Source: Convolutriloba macropyga
Lineage: Eukaryota
DNA: 64,000 bases
Assembly: GCF_964194025.1 (NCBI RefSeq)
Contig: NC_134482.1
Location: 41,664,001 to 41,728,000 of the forward strand
Reading direction: 5' to 3'
In this document: one piece after another, positions 40,015 through 53,402 of the stretch
Layout of the letters: every line of letters starts with the position of its first letter
Position numbering within the stretch: position 1 is the stretch's first letter
Made by a program: the position numbers and the translations under genes
Notes under the pieces: generated by a model
Seen by the model: only the letters and a program-made list of their open reading frames with translations
Told to the model about the DNA's origin: nothing
The model's database searches: none

Positions 40015-40817
40015 ATGTTCCCTTTCAGCAGTAAGTGTCACCCCAGCTGCACGGGTCGAGGCAGCGCCCAAATAGTCTGGTCGGCGACCGGACTGGGCTC
40101 CAAATTAGTAGGATAGGATTAGCATAATTTGTACTTCATGTTGCTTAAGAGAATACTAGGTTGCCTCTATTATAGTTGGATCGAGACAGCACTCTTAGAG
40201 TCAGGTCGGCGACCTGACAGGCCTGGAAGATAGTAGGCTAACAGTAAATAAAGTTTCTAGTTGCTTGTTAACACAAATGTTCAGTACTCACTATAACTTC
40301 AGTTGAAACGAATAACCTGCTACGTAACTTCAACGTTGGACTGATAGGCGATTCTCATCTGACTAGAATGGCTCCCTTCATGCAACCACAAGTTCGCATT
40401 ATTGGCAGAGGTGGCGAAAGAGCTAGTAACTATGCTAGATATTTGCAGGAAGTCAGACAGCTGGACATACTTCTTATTTTTATTGGAGGAAATGACATAA
40501 CTGGCAAGAACGGCTCTCCAGCGTCCTCTAAATTGAAGGACTTAGTACATGATATAAAGTCATTGTTCTCCTATGCAAGGTCGTACGGCATCATGGTGTT
40601 GACATGCGACATCATTCCTCGGGATGCCAACAAAATTGGCACAGACTTAACCAACAAAAGGCTGCTGAAAAGATTCAAGCGCAAGCATATTGTTCTGAGA
40701 GGTTGCTTCAACTTCCGAATGCTACGCGACACGGTGCACCTAGAAAATTATGACGAGTTATGGGAGCTCCTGGAGGCTAAAATTGTTCAGAGGTTGCATG
40801 ATGCGTATCGGTTTTGA
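40015..40817 (+). CDS. SGNH/GDSL hydrolase, ~176 aa; predicted exons 40015-40030 and 40303-40817
   Basis: VGLIGDSH (block I, upstream of the ORF-track start), GRGG (II), IFIGGNDI (III), DTVHL (V). ATG TTC CCT TTC AGC A|GTAAGT ... TTCAG|TT GAA gives an in-frame splice; fold call is strong, exon 1 is inferred. Confidence 0.8.
40056..40237 (+). other. Two homologous 57-nt hairpin modules in the predicted intron
   Basis: 40056-40112 and 40181-40237 align without gaps; stems GTCTGGTC-GGC-GACCGGAC and GTCAGGTC-GGC-GACCTGAC. Confidence 0.7.
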
Positions 40818-41309
40818 AGCCCTGCAATAGCCAACTTGTTCAACTGAAGGGCCGATTGAGGCCTTATTTATTCTGATTGACGTTGCTAATTTCTTTTCTT
40901 TTATGTTTTGTGTTTTGAAGCATCAGTAAATGTTTCCATTTATTCAAGCCTTTTGAACTTAAATTTTCTGCAAAACAATAATTGAAGTGCCGATTGTCGC
41001 ACAACTTTGCAACTTTGCCTAAAAAGAGGTAAAATGAGCGCTATTATTGATTGACATTAAGTTGTTTCTACTTACTTTATTAATAATTTCCTTGATGTGT
41101 TGTCGATTGCTTGTTTAGTGAACATGTTTAACAATCAGACATTTCGGGTTTTGATGCGCTTCTCTCGGAAACAGGAGTAGTGCCGATTGTGGCACAATTT
41201 TGCCTAATAGATGTAAAAATTGTAATAGAGGTTTTTTTTGCATTGCCACTTTTGATTTAAAACTAGGTCGGTTCTGGTCCCTTGAGATCTTTAAGGCAAT
41301 TTAATTATT

Positions 41310-44300
41310 CAGTAACAAACTAATGAAGTGCTTGGAGGCAATAGGGCTGTTTTTTTCTTCCAAGGGTGGGTCAAAAGATGTGTTTCCCTCGCCAAAACGT
41401 TTCTTTCAGAAGGTCTTTGATTGTTTTAAATTGCTTCTTATCTGACAGCAATTCAGGTTTTTCGGGGCTTTCTGGTTGTGGTTTCTATCTACCAGACTAT
41501 TAAATACTGCTGTGCAGAAGAAACGGATCGGGTTTTGAAAATTTGGCTGAGAAATTCAGTTTTTCTTTGGAAATTGGCCTTTTTTTCTCTGAGATGTACA
41601 ATTTTGTCCTTTTTTAGACCAACCTGGGGTAACATATATTGGTTTCTGGTGGTTTTTGTGGTCATGAATCGTTTGTTATGTATATGGAAACGGGTGCATA
41701 CGAAATCTAAGCCAACAGGTACTTCATCTTGGTTTGCAACTTGTCTGAATGAGGTCGGCTTTTCACTTCAGTTATTGTTCGTTTTTGCCTAATTTCGCGT
41801 ACCACTTGATTTTTCACTGCTTTATGCCTCTTCGAACCCTGTGGGGAATCAATTATGCAAAGCTATGAACTGGTTGGAGGTAATAGGGCTGGTTTTTCTT
41901 GCAAGGGTGGGTCAAAAGATGTGTTTCTCTCGCCAAAACGTTTGTTTCAGAAGGTCTTTGAATGTTCTAAATTGCTTCAAATCTGATAGCAATTCAGGTT
42001 TTTCGGGGCTTTCTGGTTTTGGCTTCTCTCTACAAAACTGTTAAATACTGCTGTGCAGAAGAAACGGGTCAGGTTTTGTATTTTTGGCTGAGAAGTTTGT
42101 TTTTCTTTGGAAATTGGCCTTTTTTGTCTGAGAGGTACAATTTTGTCCTTTTTTAGGCCAACCTGTGGAAAGATATATTGGTTTCTGGTGGTTTTTCTGG
42201 ACGTGAATCGTTCGGTATGTATATGGAAACGGGTGCATTTGAAATTTGAGCCAACAGGTACTTCATCTTCTTGGTTTGCAACTTGTCTGAATGAGGTCAG
42301 CTTTTCACTTCAATTTTCGTTCGTTTTTTTGTTTAATTTCCCTTACCACTTGACTTTTCACTGCTTTATGTCTCTTCGAACCCTGTAGGGAATCAACTTT
42401 GCAAAGTTTTGAACTCGTTGGAGGTAATAGGGCTGGTTTTTCTTGCAAGGGTGGGTCAAAAGATGTGTTTCTCTCGCCAAAACGTTTCTTTCAGATGGTC
42501 TTTGAATGTTCTAAATTGCTTCAAATCTGATAGCAATTGAGATTTTTCGGGCTTTCTGGCTGTGGCTTCTCTCTACAATACTATTAAATACTGCTGTGCA
42601 GAAGAAACGGGTCAGGTTTTGTAAATTTGACTGAGAAGTTCTGTTTTTCTTTGGAAATTGGCCTTTTTTGTCTGAGAGGTACAATTTTGTCCTTTTTTAG
42701 GCCAACCTGTGGTAAGATATATTGGTTTCTGGTGGTTTTTCTGGACGTGAATCGTTCGGTATGTATATGGAAACGGGTGCATTCGAAATCTGAGCCAACA
42801 GGTACTTCATCTTCTTGGTTTGGAACTTGTCTGAATGAGGTCAGCTTTTCACTTCATATTGTGTTCGTTTTTTTGCCTAATTTCCCTTACTACTTGACTT
42901 TTCCTTGCTTTATGTCTCTTCAAACCCTGTAGGGAATCAACTATACAAAGTAATGAACTGGTTGGAGGTAATAGGGCTTGTTTTTTTTTGCAAGGTTGGG
43001 TCGAAAGATGTGTTTCTCTCGCCAAGACATTTCTTTCAGAAGGACTTCGATTGTTCTAAATTGCTTCAAATCTGATAGCAATTGAGGTTTTTCGGGGCTT
43101 TCTGGCTGTGGCTTCTCTCTACAATACTATTAAATACTGCTGTGCAGAAGAAACGGGTCAGGTTTTGTAAATTTGGCTGAGAAGTTCTGTTTTTCTTTGC
43201 AAATTGGCCTTTTTTGTCTGAGAGGTACAATTTTGTCCTTTTTTCGGCCAATCTGGGGCAACATATATTGGTTTCTGGTGGTTTTTCTGGACGTGAATCG
43301 TTCGGTATGTATATGGAAACGGGTGCATTCGAAATCTGAGCCAACAGGTACTTCATGTTCTTGGTTTGCAACTTGTCTGAATGAGGTCAGCTTTTCACTT
43401 CATATTGTGTTCGTTTTTTTGCCTAATTTCCCTTACTACTTGACTTTTCCTTGCTTTATGTCTCTTCAAACCCTGTAGGGAATCAACTATACAAAGTAAT
43501 GAACTGGTTGGAGGTAATAGGGCTTGTTTTTTTTTGCAAGGTTGGGTCGAAAGATGTGTTTCTCTCGCCAAGACATTTCTTTCAGAAGGACTTCGATTGT
43601 TCTAAATTGCTTCAAATCTGATAGCAATTGAGGTTTTTCGGGGCTTTCTGGCTGTGGCTTCTCTCTACAATACTATTAAATACTGCTGTGCAGAAGAAAC
43701 GGGTCAGGTTTTGTAAATTTGGCTGAGAAGTTCTGTTTTTCTTTGCAAATTGGCCTTTTTTGTCTGAGAGGTACAATTTTGTCCTTTTTTAGGCCAACCT
43801 GTGGTAAGATATATTGGTTTCAGGTGGTTTTTCTGGACGTGAACCGTTCGGTATGTATATGGAAACGGGTGCATTCGAAATCTGAGCCAACAGGTACTTC
43901 ATCTTCTTGGTTTGCAACTTGTCTGAATGAGGTCAGCTTTTCACTTCAATTTTTGTTCGTTTTTTTTGCCTAATTTCCCTTACTACTTGACTTTTCACTG
44001 CTTTATGTCTCTTCAAACCCTGTAGGGAATCAACTATGCAACGTAATGAACTGGTTGGAGGTAATAGGGCTTGTTTTTTTAGCAAGGTTGGGTCGAAAGA
44101 TGTGTTTCTCTCGCCAAAACATTTCTTTCAGAAGGACTTCGATTGTTTTAAATTGCTTCAAATCTGATAGCAATTGAGGTTTTTCGGGGCTTTTTAGTTG
44201 TTGCGTCTCTCTACAATACTAATAAATACTGCTGTGCAGAAGAAACGGGTCACGTTTTGTAAATTTGGCCGAGAAGTTCTGTTTTTCTTTGGAAATTGGC

Positions 44301-47300
44301 CTTTTTTGTCTGAGAGGTACAATTTTGTCCTTTTTTAGACCAACCTGTGGTAAGATATATTGGTTTCTGGTGGTTTTTCTGGACGTGAATCGTTCGGTAT
44401 GTATATGGAAACGGGTGCATTCGAAATCTGAGCTAACAGGTACTTCATCTTCTTGGTTTGCAACTTGTCTGAATGAGGTCAGCTTTTCACTTCAATTTTT
44501 GTTCGTTTTTTTGTCTAATTTCCCTTACCACTTGACTTTTCACTGCTTTATGTCTCTTCGAACCCTGTAGGGAATCAACTTTGCAAAGTTATGAACTCTT
44601 TGGAGGTAATAGGGCTGGTTTTTCTTGCAAGGGTGGGTCAAAAGATGTGTTTCTCTCGCCAAAACGTTTCTTTCAGAAGGTCTTTGAATGTTTTAAATTG
44701 CTTCAAATCTGATAGCAATTCAGGTTTTTCGGGGCTTTCTGGTTTTGGCTTCTCTCTACAAAACTTTTAAATACCGCTGTGCAGAAGAAACGGGTCAGGT
44801 TTTGAAAATTTGGCTGAGAAGTTCTGTTTTTCTTTGGGAATTGGCCTTTTTTTGTCTGAGAGGTACAATTTTGTCCTTTTTTCGGCCAATCTGGGGTAAC
44901 ATATAATGGTTTCTGGTGCTTTTTCTGGATGTGAATCGTTCGGTATGTATATGGAAACGGGTGCATTCGAAATCTGAGCTAACAGGTACATCATCTTCTT
45001 GGTTTGCAACTTGTCTGAATGAGGTCAGCTTTTCACTTCAATTTTTGTTCGTTTTTTTGTCTAATTTCCCTTACCACTTGACTTTTCACTGCTTTATGTC
45101 TTTTCGAACCCTGTAGGGAATCAACTTTGCAAAGTTATGAACTCGTTGGAGGTAATAGGGCTGGTTTTTCTTGCAAGGGTGGGTCAAAAGATGTGTTTCT
45201 CTCGCCAAAACGTTTCTTTCAGAAGGTCTTTGAATGTTCTAAATTGCTTCAAATCTGATAGCAATTCAGGTTTTTCGGGGCTTTCTGGTTTTGGCTTCTC
45301 TCTACAAAACTGTTAAATACCGCTGTGCAGAAGAAACGGGTCAGGTTTTGAAAATTTGGCTGAGAAGTTCTGTTTTTCTTTGGGAATTGGCCTTTTTTTG
45401 TCTGAGAAGTACAATTTTGTCCTTTTTTCGGCCAATCTGGGGTAACATATAATGGTTTCTGGTGCTTTTTCTGGATGTGAATCGTTCGGTATGTATATGG
45501 TAACGGTTGCATAGAAAATCTGAGCCAACAGGTACTTCATCTTCTAGGTTTGCAACTTGTCTGAATGAGGTCAGCTTTTCACTTCAATTTTTGTTCGGAT
45601 TTTTGTCTAATTTCCCTTACCACTTGACTTTTCACTGCTTTATGTCTCTTCGAACCCTGTAGGGAATCAACTTTGCAAAGTTATGAACTCGTTGGAGGTG
45701 ATAGGGCTGGTTTTTCTTGCAAGGGTGGGTCAAAAGATGTGTTTCTCTCGCCAAAACGTTTGTTTCAGAAGGTCTTTGAATGTTCTAAATTGCTTCAAAT
45801 CTGATAGCAATTCAGGTTTTTCGGGGCTTTCTGGTTTTGGCTTCTCTCTACAAAACTGTTAAATACCGCTGTGCAGAAGAAACGGGTCAGGTTTTGAAAA
45901 TTTGGCTGAGAAGTTCTGTTTTTCTTTGGGAATTGGCCTTTTTTTGTCTGAGAAGTACAATTTTGTCCTTTTTTCGGCCAATCTGGGGTAACATATAATG
46001 GTTTCTGGTGCTTTTTCTGGATGTGAATCGTTCGGTATGTATATGGTAACGGTTGCATAGAAAATCTGAGCCAACAGGTACTTCATCTTCTAGGTTTGCA
46101 ACTTGTCTGAATGAGGTCAGCTTTTCACCTCAATTTTTGTTCGGTTTTTTGTCTAATTTCCCTTACCACTTGACTTTTCACTGCTTTATGTCTCTTCGAA
46201 CCCTGTAGGGAATCAACTCTGCAAATTTATGAACTGGTTGGAGGTAATAGGGCTGGTTTTTCTTGCAAGGGTGGGTCAAAAGATGTGTTTCTCTCGCCAA
46301 AATGTTTCTTTCAGAAGGTCTTTGATTGTTTTAAATTGCTTCAAATCTGATAGCAATTCAGGTTTTTCGGGGCTTTCTGGTTTTGGCTTCTCTCTACAAA
46401 ACAGTTAAATACCGCTGTGCAGAAGAAACGGGTCAGGTTTTGAAAATTTGGCTGAGAAGTTCTGTTTTTCTTTGGGAATTGGCCTTTTTTTGTCTGAGAG
46501 GTACAATTTTGTCCTTTTTTCGGCCAATCTGGGGTAACATATAATGGTTTCTGGTGCTTTGTCTGGATGTGAATCGTTCGGTATGTATATGGAAACGGGT
46601 ATATACAAAATCTGAGCTAACAGGTACTTCATCTTCTTGGTTTGCAACTTGTCTGAATGAGGTCAGCTTTTCACTTCAATTTTCGTTCGTTTTTTTGTCT
46701 AATTTCCCTTACCAGTTGACTTTTCACTGCTTTATGTCTCTTCGAACCCTGTAGGGAATCAACTCTGCAAAGTTATGAACTGGCTGGAGGTAATAGGGCT
46801 GGTTTTTCTTGCAAGGGTGGGTCAAAAGATGTGTTTCTCTCGCCAAAACGTTTCTTTCAGAAGGTCTTTGAGTGTTTTAAATTGCTTCAAATCTGATAGC
46901 AATTCAGGTTTTTCGGGGCTTTCTGGTTTTGGCTTCTCTCTACAAAACTGTTAAATACCGCTGTGCAGAAAAAACGGGTCAGGTTTTGAAGATTTGGCTG
47001 AGAAGTTCTGTTTTTCTTTGGGAATTGGCCTTTTTTTGTCTGAGAGGTACAATTTTGTCCTTTTTTCGGCCAATCTGGGGCAACATATAATGGTTTCTGG
47101 TGCTTTTTCTGGATGTCAATCGTTCGGTATGTATATGGAAACGGGTGTATACGAAATCTGAGCTAAGAGGTACTTCATCTTCTTGGTTTGCAACTTGTCT
47201 GAATGAGGTCAGCTTTTCACTTCAATTTTCGTTCGTTTTTTTGTCTAATTTCCCTTACCACTTAATTTTTCACTGCTTTATGTCTCTTCGAACCCTGTAG

Positions 47301-50300
47301 GGAATCAACTTTGCAAAGTTTTGAACTCGTTGGAGGTAATAGGGCTGGTTTTTCTTGCAAGGGTGGGTCAAAAGATGTGTTTCTCTCGCCAAAACCTTTC
47401 TTTCAGAAGGTCTTTGAATGTTCTAAATTGCTTCAAATCTGATAGCAATTGAGATTTTTCGGGGCTTTCTGGCTGTGGCTTCTCTCTACAATACTATTAA
47501 ATGTTGCTGTGCAGAAGAAACGGGTCAGGTTTTGAAAATTTGGCTGAGAAGTTCTGTTTTTCTTTGGGAATTGGCCTTTTTTTGTCTGAGAGGTACAATT
47601 TTGTCCTTTTTTCGGCCAATCTGGGGCAACATATAATGGTTTCTGGTGCTTTTTCTGGATGTGAATCGTTCGGTAGGTATATGGAAACGGGTGTATACGA
47701 AATCTGAGCTAACAGGTACTTCATCTTCTTGGTTTGCAACTTGTCTGAATGAGGTCAGCTTTTCACTTCAATTTTCGTTCGTTTTTTTGTCTAATTTCCC
47801 TTACCACTTGACTTTTCACTGCTTTATGTCTCTTCGAACCCTGTAGGGAATCAACTTTGCAAAGTTTTGAACTCGTTGGAGGTAATAGGGCTGGTTTTTC
47901 TTGCAAGGGTGGGTCAAAAGATGTGTTTCTCTCGCCAAAACGTTTCTTTCAGAAGGTCTTTGAATGTTCTAAATTGCTTCAAATCTGATAGCAATTCAGG
48001 TTTTTTGGGGCTTTCTGGTTTTGGCTTCTCTCTACAAAACTGTTAAATACCGCTGTGCAGAAGAAACGGGTCAGGTTTTGAAAATTTGGCTGAGAAGTTC
48101 TATTTTTCTTTGGGAATTGGCCTTTTTTTGTCTGAGAGGTACAATTTTGTCCTTTTTTCGGCCAATCTGGGGCAACATTTAATGGTTTCTGGTGCTTTTT
48201 CTGGATGTGAATCGTTCGGTATGTATATGGAAACGGGTGTATACGAAATCTGAGCTAACAGGTACTTCATCTTCTTGGTTTGCAACTTGTCTGAATGAGG
48301 TCAGCTTTTCACTTCAATTTTCGTTCGTTTTTTTGTCTAATTTCCCTTACCACTTGACTTTTCACTGCTTTATGTCTCTTCGAACCCTGTAGGGAATCAA
48401 CTTTGCAAAGTTTTGAACTCGTTGGAGGTAATAGGGCTGGTTTTTCTTGCAAGGGTGGGTCAAAAGATGTGTTTCTCTCGCCAAAACGTTTCTTTCAGAA
48501 GGTCTTTGAATGTTCTAAATTGCTTCAAATCTGATAGCAATTCAGGTTTTTTGGGGCTTTCTGGTTTTGGCTTCTCTCTACAAAACTGTTAAATAACGCT
48601 GTGCAGAAGAAACGGGTCAGGTTTTGAAAATTTGGCTGAGAAGTTCTGTTTTTCTTTGGGAATTGGCCTTTTTTTGTCTGAGAGGTACAATTTTGTCCTT
48701 TTTTCGGCCAATCTGGGGCAACATATAATGGTTTCTGGTGCTTTTTCTGGATGTGAATCATTCGGTATGTATATGGAAACGGGTGTATACGAAATCTGAG
48801 CTAACAGGTACTTCATCTTCTTGGTTTGCAACTTGTCTGAATGAGGTCAGCTTTTCACTTCAATTTTCGTTCGTTTTTATGTCTAATTTCCCTTACCACT
48901 TGACTTTTCACTGCTTTATGTCTCTTCGAACCCTGTAGGGAATCAACTTTGCAAAGTTTTGAACTCGTTGGAGGTAATAGGGCTGGTTTTTCTTGCAAGG
49001 GTGGGTCAAAAGATGTGTTTCTCTCGCCAAAACGTTTCTTTCAGAAGGTCTTTGAATGTTCTAAATTGCTTCAAATCTGATAGCAATTCAGGTTTTTTGG
49101 GGCTTTCTGGTTTTGGCTTCTCTCTACAAAACTGTTAAATACCGCTGTGCAGAAGAAACGGGTCAGGTTTTGAAAATTTGGCTGAGAAGTTCTGTTTTTC
49201 TTTGGGAATTGGCCTTTTTTTGTCTGAGAGGTACAATTTTGTCCTTTTTTCGGCCAATCTGGGGCAACATATAATGGTTTCTGGTGCTTTTTCTGGATGT
49301 GAATCGTTCGGTATGTATATGGAAACGGGTGTATACGAAATCTGAGCTAACAGGTACTTCATCTTCTTGGTTTGCAACTTGTCTGAATGAGGTCAGCTTT
49401 TCACTTCAATTTTCGTTCGTTTTTTTGTCTAATTTCCCTTACCACTTGACTTTTCACTGCTTTATGTCTGTTCGAACCCCGTAGGGAATCAACTTTGCAA
49501 ATTTTTGAACTCGCTGGAGGTAATAGGGCTGGTTTTTCTTGCAAGGGTGGGTCAAAAGATGTGTTTCTCTCGCCAAAACGTTTCTTTCAGAAGGTCTTTG
49601 AATGTTCTAAATTGCTTCAAATCTGATAGCAATTCAGGTTTTTTGGGGCTTTCTGGTTTTGGCTTCTCTCTACAAAACTGTTAAATACCGCTGTGCAGAA
49701 GAAACGAGTCAAGTTTTGAAAATTTGGCTGAGAAGTTCTGTTTTTCTTTGGGAATTGGCCTTTTTTGTCTGAGAGGTACAATTTTGTCCTTTTTTCGGCC
49801 AATCTGGGGCAACATATAATGGTTTCTGGTGCTTTTTCTGGATGTGAATCGTTCGGTATGTATATGGAAACAGGTGTATACGAAATCTGAGCTAACAGGT
49901 ACTTCATCTTCTTGGTTTGCAACTTGTCTGAATGAGGTCAGCTTTTCACTTCAATTTTCGTTCGTTTTTTTGTCTAATTTCCTTACCACTTGACTTTTCA
50001 CTGCTTTATGTCTCTTCGAACCCTGTAGGTAATCAACTTTGCAAAGTTTTGAACTCGTTGGAGGTAATAGGGCTGGTTTTTCTTGCAAGGGTGGGTCAAA
50101 AGATGTGTTTCTCTCGCCAAAACCTTTCTTTCAGAAGGTCTTTGAATGTTCTAAATTGCTTCAAATCTGATAGCAATTCAGGTTTTTTGGGGCTTTCTGG
50201 TTTTGGCTTCTCTCTACAAAACTGTTAAATACCGCTGTGCAGAAGAAACGGGTTAGGTTTTGAAAATTTGGCTGAGAAGTTCTGTTTTTCTTTGGGAATT

Positions 50301-51197
50301 GGCCTTTTTTTGTCTGAGATGTACAATTTTGTCCTTTTTTCGGCCAATCTGGGGCAACATATAATGGTTTCTGGTGCTTTTTCTGGATGTGAATCGTTCG
50401 GTATGTATATGGAAACAGGTGTATACGAAATCTGAGCTAACAGGTACTTCATCTTCTTGGTTTGCAACTTGTCTGAATGAGGTCAGCTTTTCACTTCAAT
50501 TTTCGTTAGTTTTTTTGTCTAATTTCCCTTACCACTTGACTTTTCACTGCTTTATGTCTGCTCGAATTCTGTAGGGAATCAACTTTGCAAAGTTTTGAAC
50601 TCGTTGGAGGTAATAGGGCTGGTTTTTCTTGCAAGGGTGGGTCAAAAGATGTGTTTCTCTCGCCAAAACGTTTCTTTCAGAAGGTCTTTGAATGTTCTAA
50701 ATTGCTTCAAATCTGATAGCAATTCAGGTTTTTTGGCGCTTTCTGGTTTTGGCTTCTCTCTACAAAACTGTTAAATACCGCTGTGCAGAAGAAACGGGTC
50801 AGGTTTTGAAAATTTGGCTGAGAAGTTCTGTTTTTCTTTGGGAATTGGCCTTTTTTTGTCTGAGAAGTACAATTTTGTCCTTTTTTCGGCCAATCTGGGG
50901 TAACATATAATGGTTTCTGGTGCTTTTTCTGGATGTGAATCGTTCGGTATGTATATGGTAACGGTTGCATAGAAAATCTGAGCCAACAGGTACTTCATCT
51001 TCTAGGTTTGCAACTTGTCTGAATGAGGTCAGCTTTTCACTTCAATTTTTGTTCGGTTTTTTGTCTAATTTCCCTTACCACTTGATTTTTCACTGCTTTA
51101 TGTCTCTTCGAATCCTGTAGGGAATCAACTATGCAAAAGTATGAACTAGTTGGAGTTAATAGGGCTGGTTTTTTCTACGAGGGTGGGTCAAAAGATT
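41310..51197. repeat. Satellite array, ~546-bp unit x18, inside the transposon
   Basis: GAGGTAATAGGGCTGGTTTTTCTTGCAAGGGTGGGTCAAAAGATG recurs every 541-547 bp from ~41336 to ~51152; edge copies more diverged. Confidence 0.98.
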
Positions 51198-51456
51198 TTC
51201 TCTGGGCATGAATTGTACAAAATTTTTTTGAAAAAGGGATTCATATGAAATTTGAGTCATTATAAGCCAATGTATGTGAATCTAGATAAGCCTAATCCCA
51301 ATTAAAGTTTTTCTATATTTCGATTTAGGTCGGGTCGTGTATCTTAAGACCTTAAAGTCGATAATTTAAAACAAGTTTTCTGTTCGAAATAAGCCAACTT
51401 TCTGGATTCGATGTTTTAAATACTTGTAATAATTATAGCTTTTCTCTAGACGTGTA

Positions 51457-52539
51457 ATGGAAAGACCGGTAAGGACAACCAAGGGTCATTCGTCCCAAAA
51501 CTACGAGGAATTCGACCAGGACCTAATGCGCACCGCTCGAAATTTGTGGTGGATGTTTAGCAAAAAAGGTGACCTGAAGCCAATTGTAATACCTTACAGT
51601 AGCGTCATGTTTCCGACCACGATGACCATTCGGCAAAAAGTAAATCTTCAATATAAACCCCCAAAGTCGAAGGTTAATCTCTTCTACCAAGGAAAGACGA
51701 TCGAGTGCTCTCTCATTGGTGTGATCGGCAATGGTTTTGTAAATGATGCCATGAGACAGGCACACCAAAAGATGGCGGATGCTGGTGGTCAATTAAGTGA
51801 CGTAAGTATCCATGAGAGTCAGCCTTCGCCGGCTCCTAATCTGAAAAGACTGAGTCCGCAACCTGTTCCTTCTAAGGCAAAGAAGATGATCAAGTTCGTG
51901 CAGCCGGAGACTGAAGATCCTCGTGTGGAATTGGATGTTGACGACAATGAGACTTGCGAGACAGTGGACGAAAATGAAACCGCAGGCCCGGATAGCCTTG
52001 AAAATTTGTCGGACGACCTTGTCAATCTCTTTGATAAGAAATTCAGGCAACTCCTTGTTGTACATGAAGACAATGCAAGAAAACTTGCCCTCGAGAACAA
52101 CCGTTTTCGAGCTCGTTTCACTGATCTTCTGAGAAGGCAAAAGGGCGAGGAGACTGTTATGCTAGCGCCGAGTGATAACTCTGAGCCGCTAATTTTCAAC
52201 GGCTTCGATCTGATGACCCTAACGCCTGTTGGTGGAGCGTCAGCGTTCGGCAGACTCTTGGCAGCTACAATTTTTGGCGCAGAAAACAATTGCGATTTGA
52301 TTACTCATCGTTTGGATATAAAGGTAACTAAGAACAACTGCCGTAAAGCAGCTGATCCCGTCAAAGAAGCGCTGTTCAAGGAGTGTGTTGGGCGTTTTTT
52401 CTCAAAAGATGCTGCTAGGGCCCTACGTGACGCAATTCGTGGTGCGAACCAATATGGAACGGACATGAAAACAAAATATGCATCACTCTCAGAGATCAAC
52501 AAAAATGTTGAGCCGGATGATAATTCTGATGACGAATGA
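51457..52539 (+). CDS. Transposon accessory protein, 360 aa, coiled coil plus C-terminal BEN-like domain
   Basis: Intact long ORF; SAFGRLLAATIFG...RKAADPVK...AIRGANQY resembles the BEN pattern; clearly paralogous to 53403-54101. Confidence 0.7.
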   Translation: MERPVRTTKGHSSQNYEEFDQDLMRTARNLWWMFSKKGDLKPIVIPYSSVMFPTTMTIRQKVNLQYKPPKSKVNLFYQGKTIECSLIGVIGNGFVNDAMRQAHQKMADAGGQLSDVSIHESQPSPAPNLKRLSPQPVPSKAKKMIKFVQPETEDPRVELDVDDNETCETVDENETAGPDSLENLSDDLVNLFDKKFRQLLVVHEDNARKLALENNRFRARFTDLLRRQKGEETVMLAPSDNSEPLIFNGFDLMTLTPVGGASAFGRLLAATIFGAENNCDLITHRLDIKVTKNNCRKAADPVKEALFKECVGRFFSKDAARALRDAIRGANQYGTDMKTKYASLSEINKNVEPDDNSDDE

Positions 52540-53402
52540 AGATCTTGTATGGCCGACTGTGGCCTTGCGTTATTAGTTTTGCAACAACAATGTATTTTGC
52601 TTCCTCTTCATTAAATTTCAATCTGAAACTTTGCAATGCTATTGTGTTGATTTTTTCCACGATGAAAATAGACGTATGTTAGGCCGACTGTGGCCCAGGT
52701 TCAAACTGATATTTGTTAAACTATAAGTTTTTGCTACGCGCAGTTTGTTCTGTCCATATAGCCGCAAACTGACTGGTCAGTCTGTGTTCAAATTTTCCTT
52801 GTTTCCATGAGTTTGTTCTAAATTGAAACGTGCTGTTTTATTGCTTTTGGCTTTTCGGTTTCATATTCAGTTTGTTTGCTGTAAAATTGATAAAACGGGG
52901 AGATACAGGAAGACAATAATATTTTGTACTAATTTTAAATGCAGTTCGGGAATTGAGTTTATTTTGCAGTTTCTCAAGTTCTATTTTACGTTTTGTCTAT
53001 TGTTTAGTTTGAGTTGCATGTCTTCTGCTGCTTCTTTTTGAAAGCTTGTTTTAAACAGCTTTTAAGTTCATTCCCAGAAATTTGTCTAAACCAGATACTT
53101 TTCAGTTTGTTAAATAAAGTTTGCAAAACAACGCATTATTTTTTTGATTAACTGGAAGAATACAGCATGCTGGCAGAGTTTATCACATCGAGTGTTGTTG
53201 TTACAAAAGCACTTTTAACTCGAAACAGATAACGTTGCTTTACATAATTTGGAAATCAAGGGCGGAAAATATTGAGTAGATTTTAATCAATATTCTATTT
53301 TCACTAACGATAGATGTGTTGGTTGTACTCTAAATCCAAAACTCAATACTACATACGTTAGTTGTTTGATAACAATGTCAATTTCTTTTCAGAAACTTGA
53401 AA

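Noticed and set aside
40056-40245. H/ACA snoRNA or known self-cleaving ribozyme
   Set aside because: An AAATTA and a later ACA exist, but hairpins are short, lack pseudouridylation pockets and spacing is wrong; no hammerhead, HDV or twister core seen
41478-50998. Dozens of 60-104 aa ORFs in the 546-bp array
   Set aside because: Products of the repeated unit on both strands, with frames broken by homopolymer indels between copies
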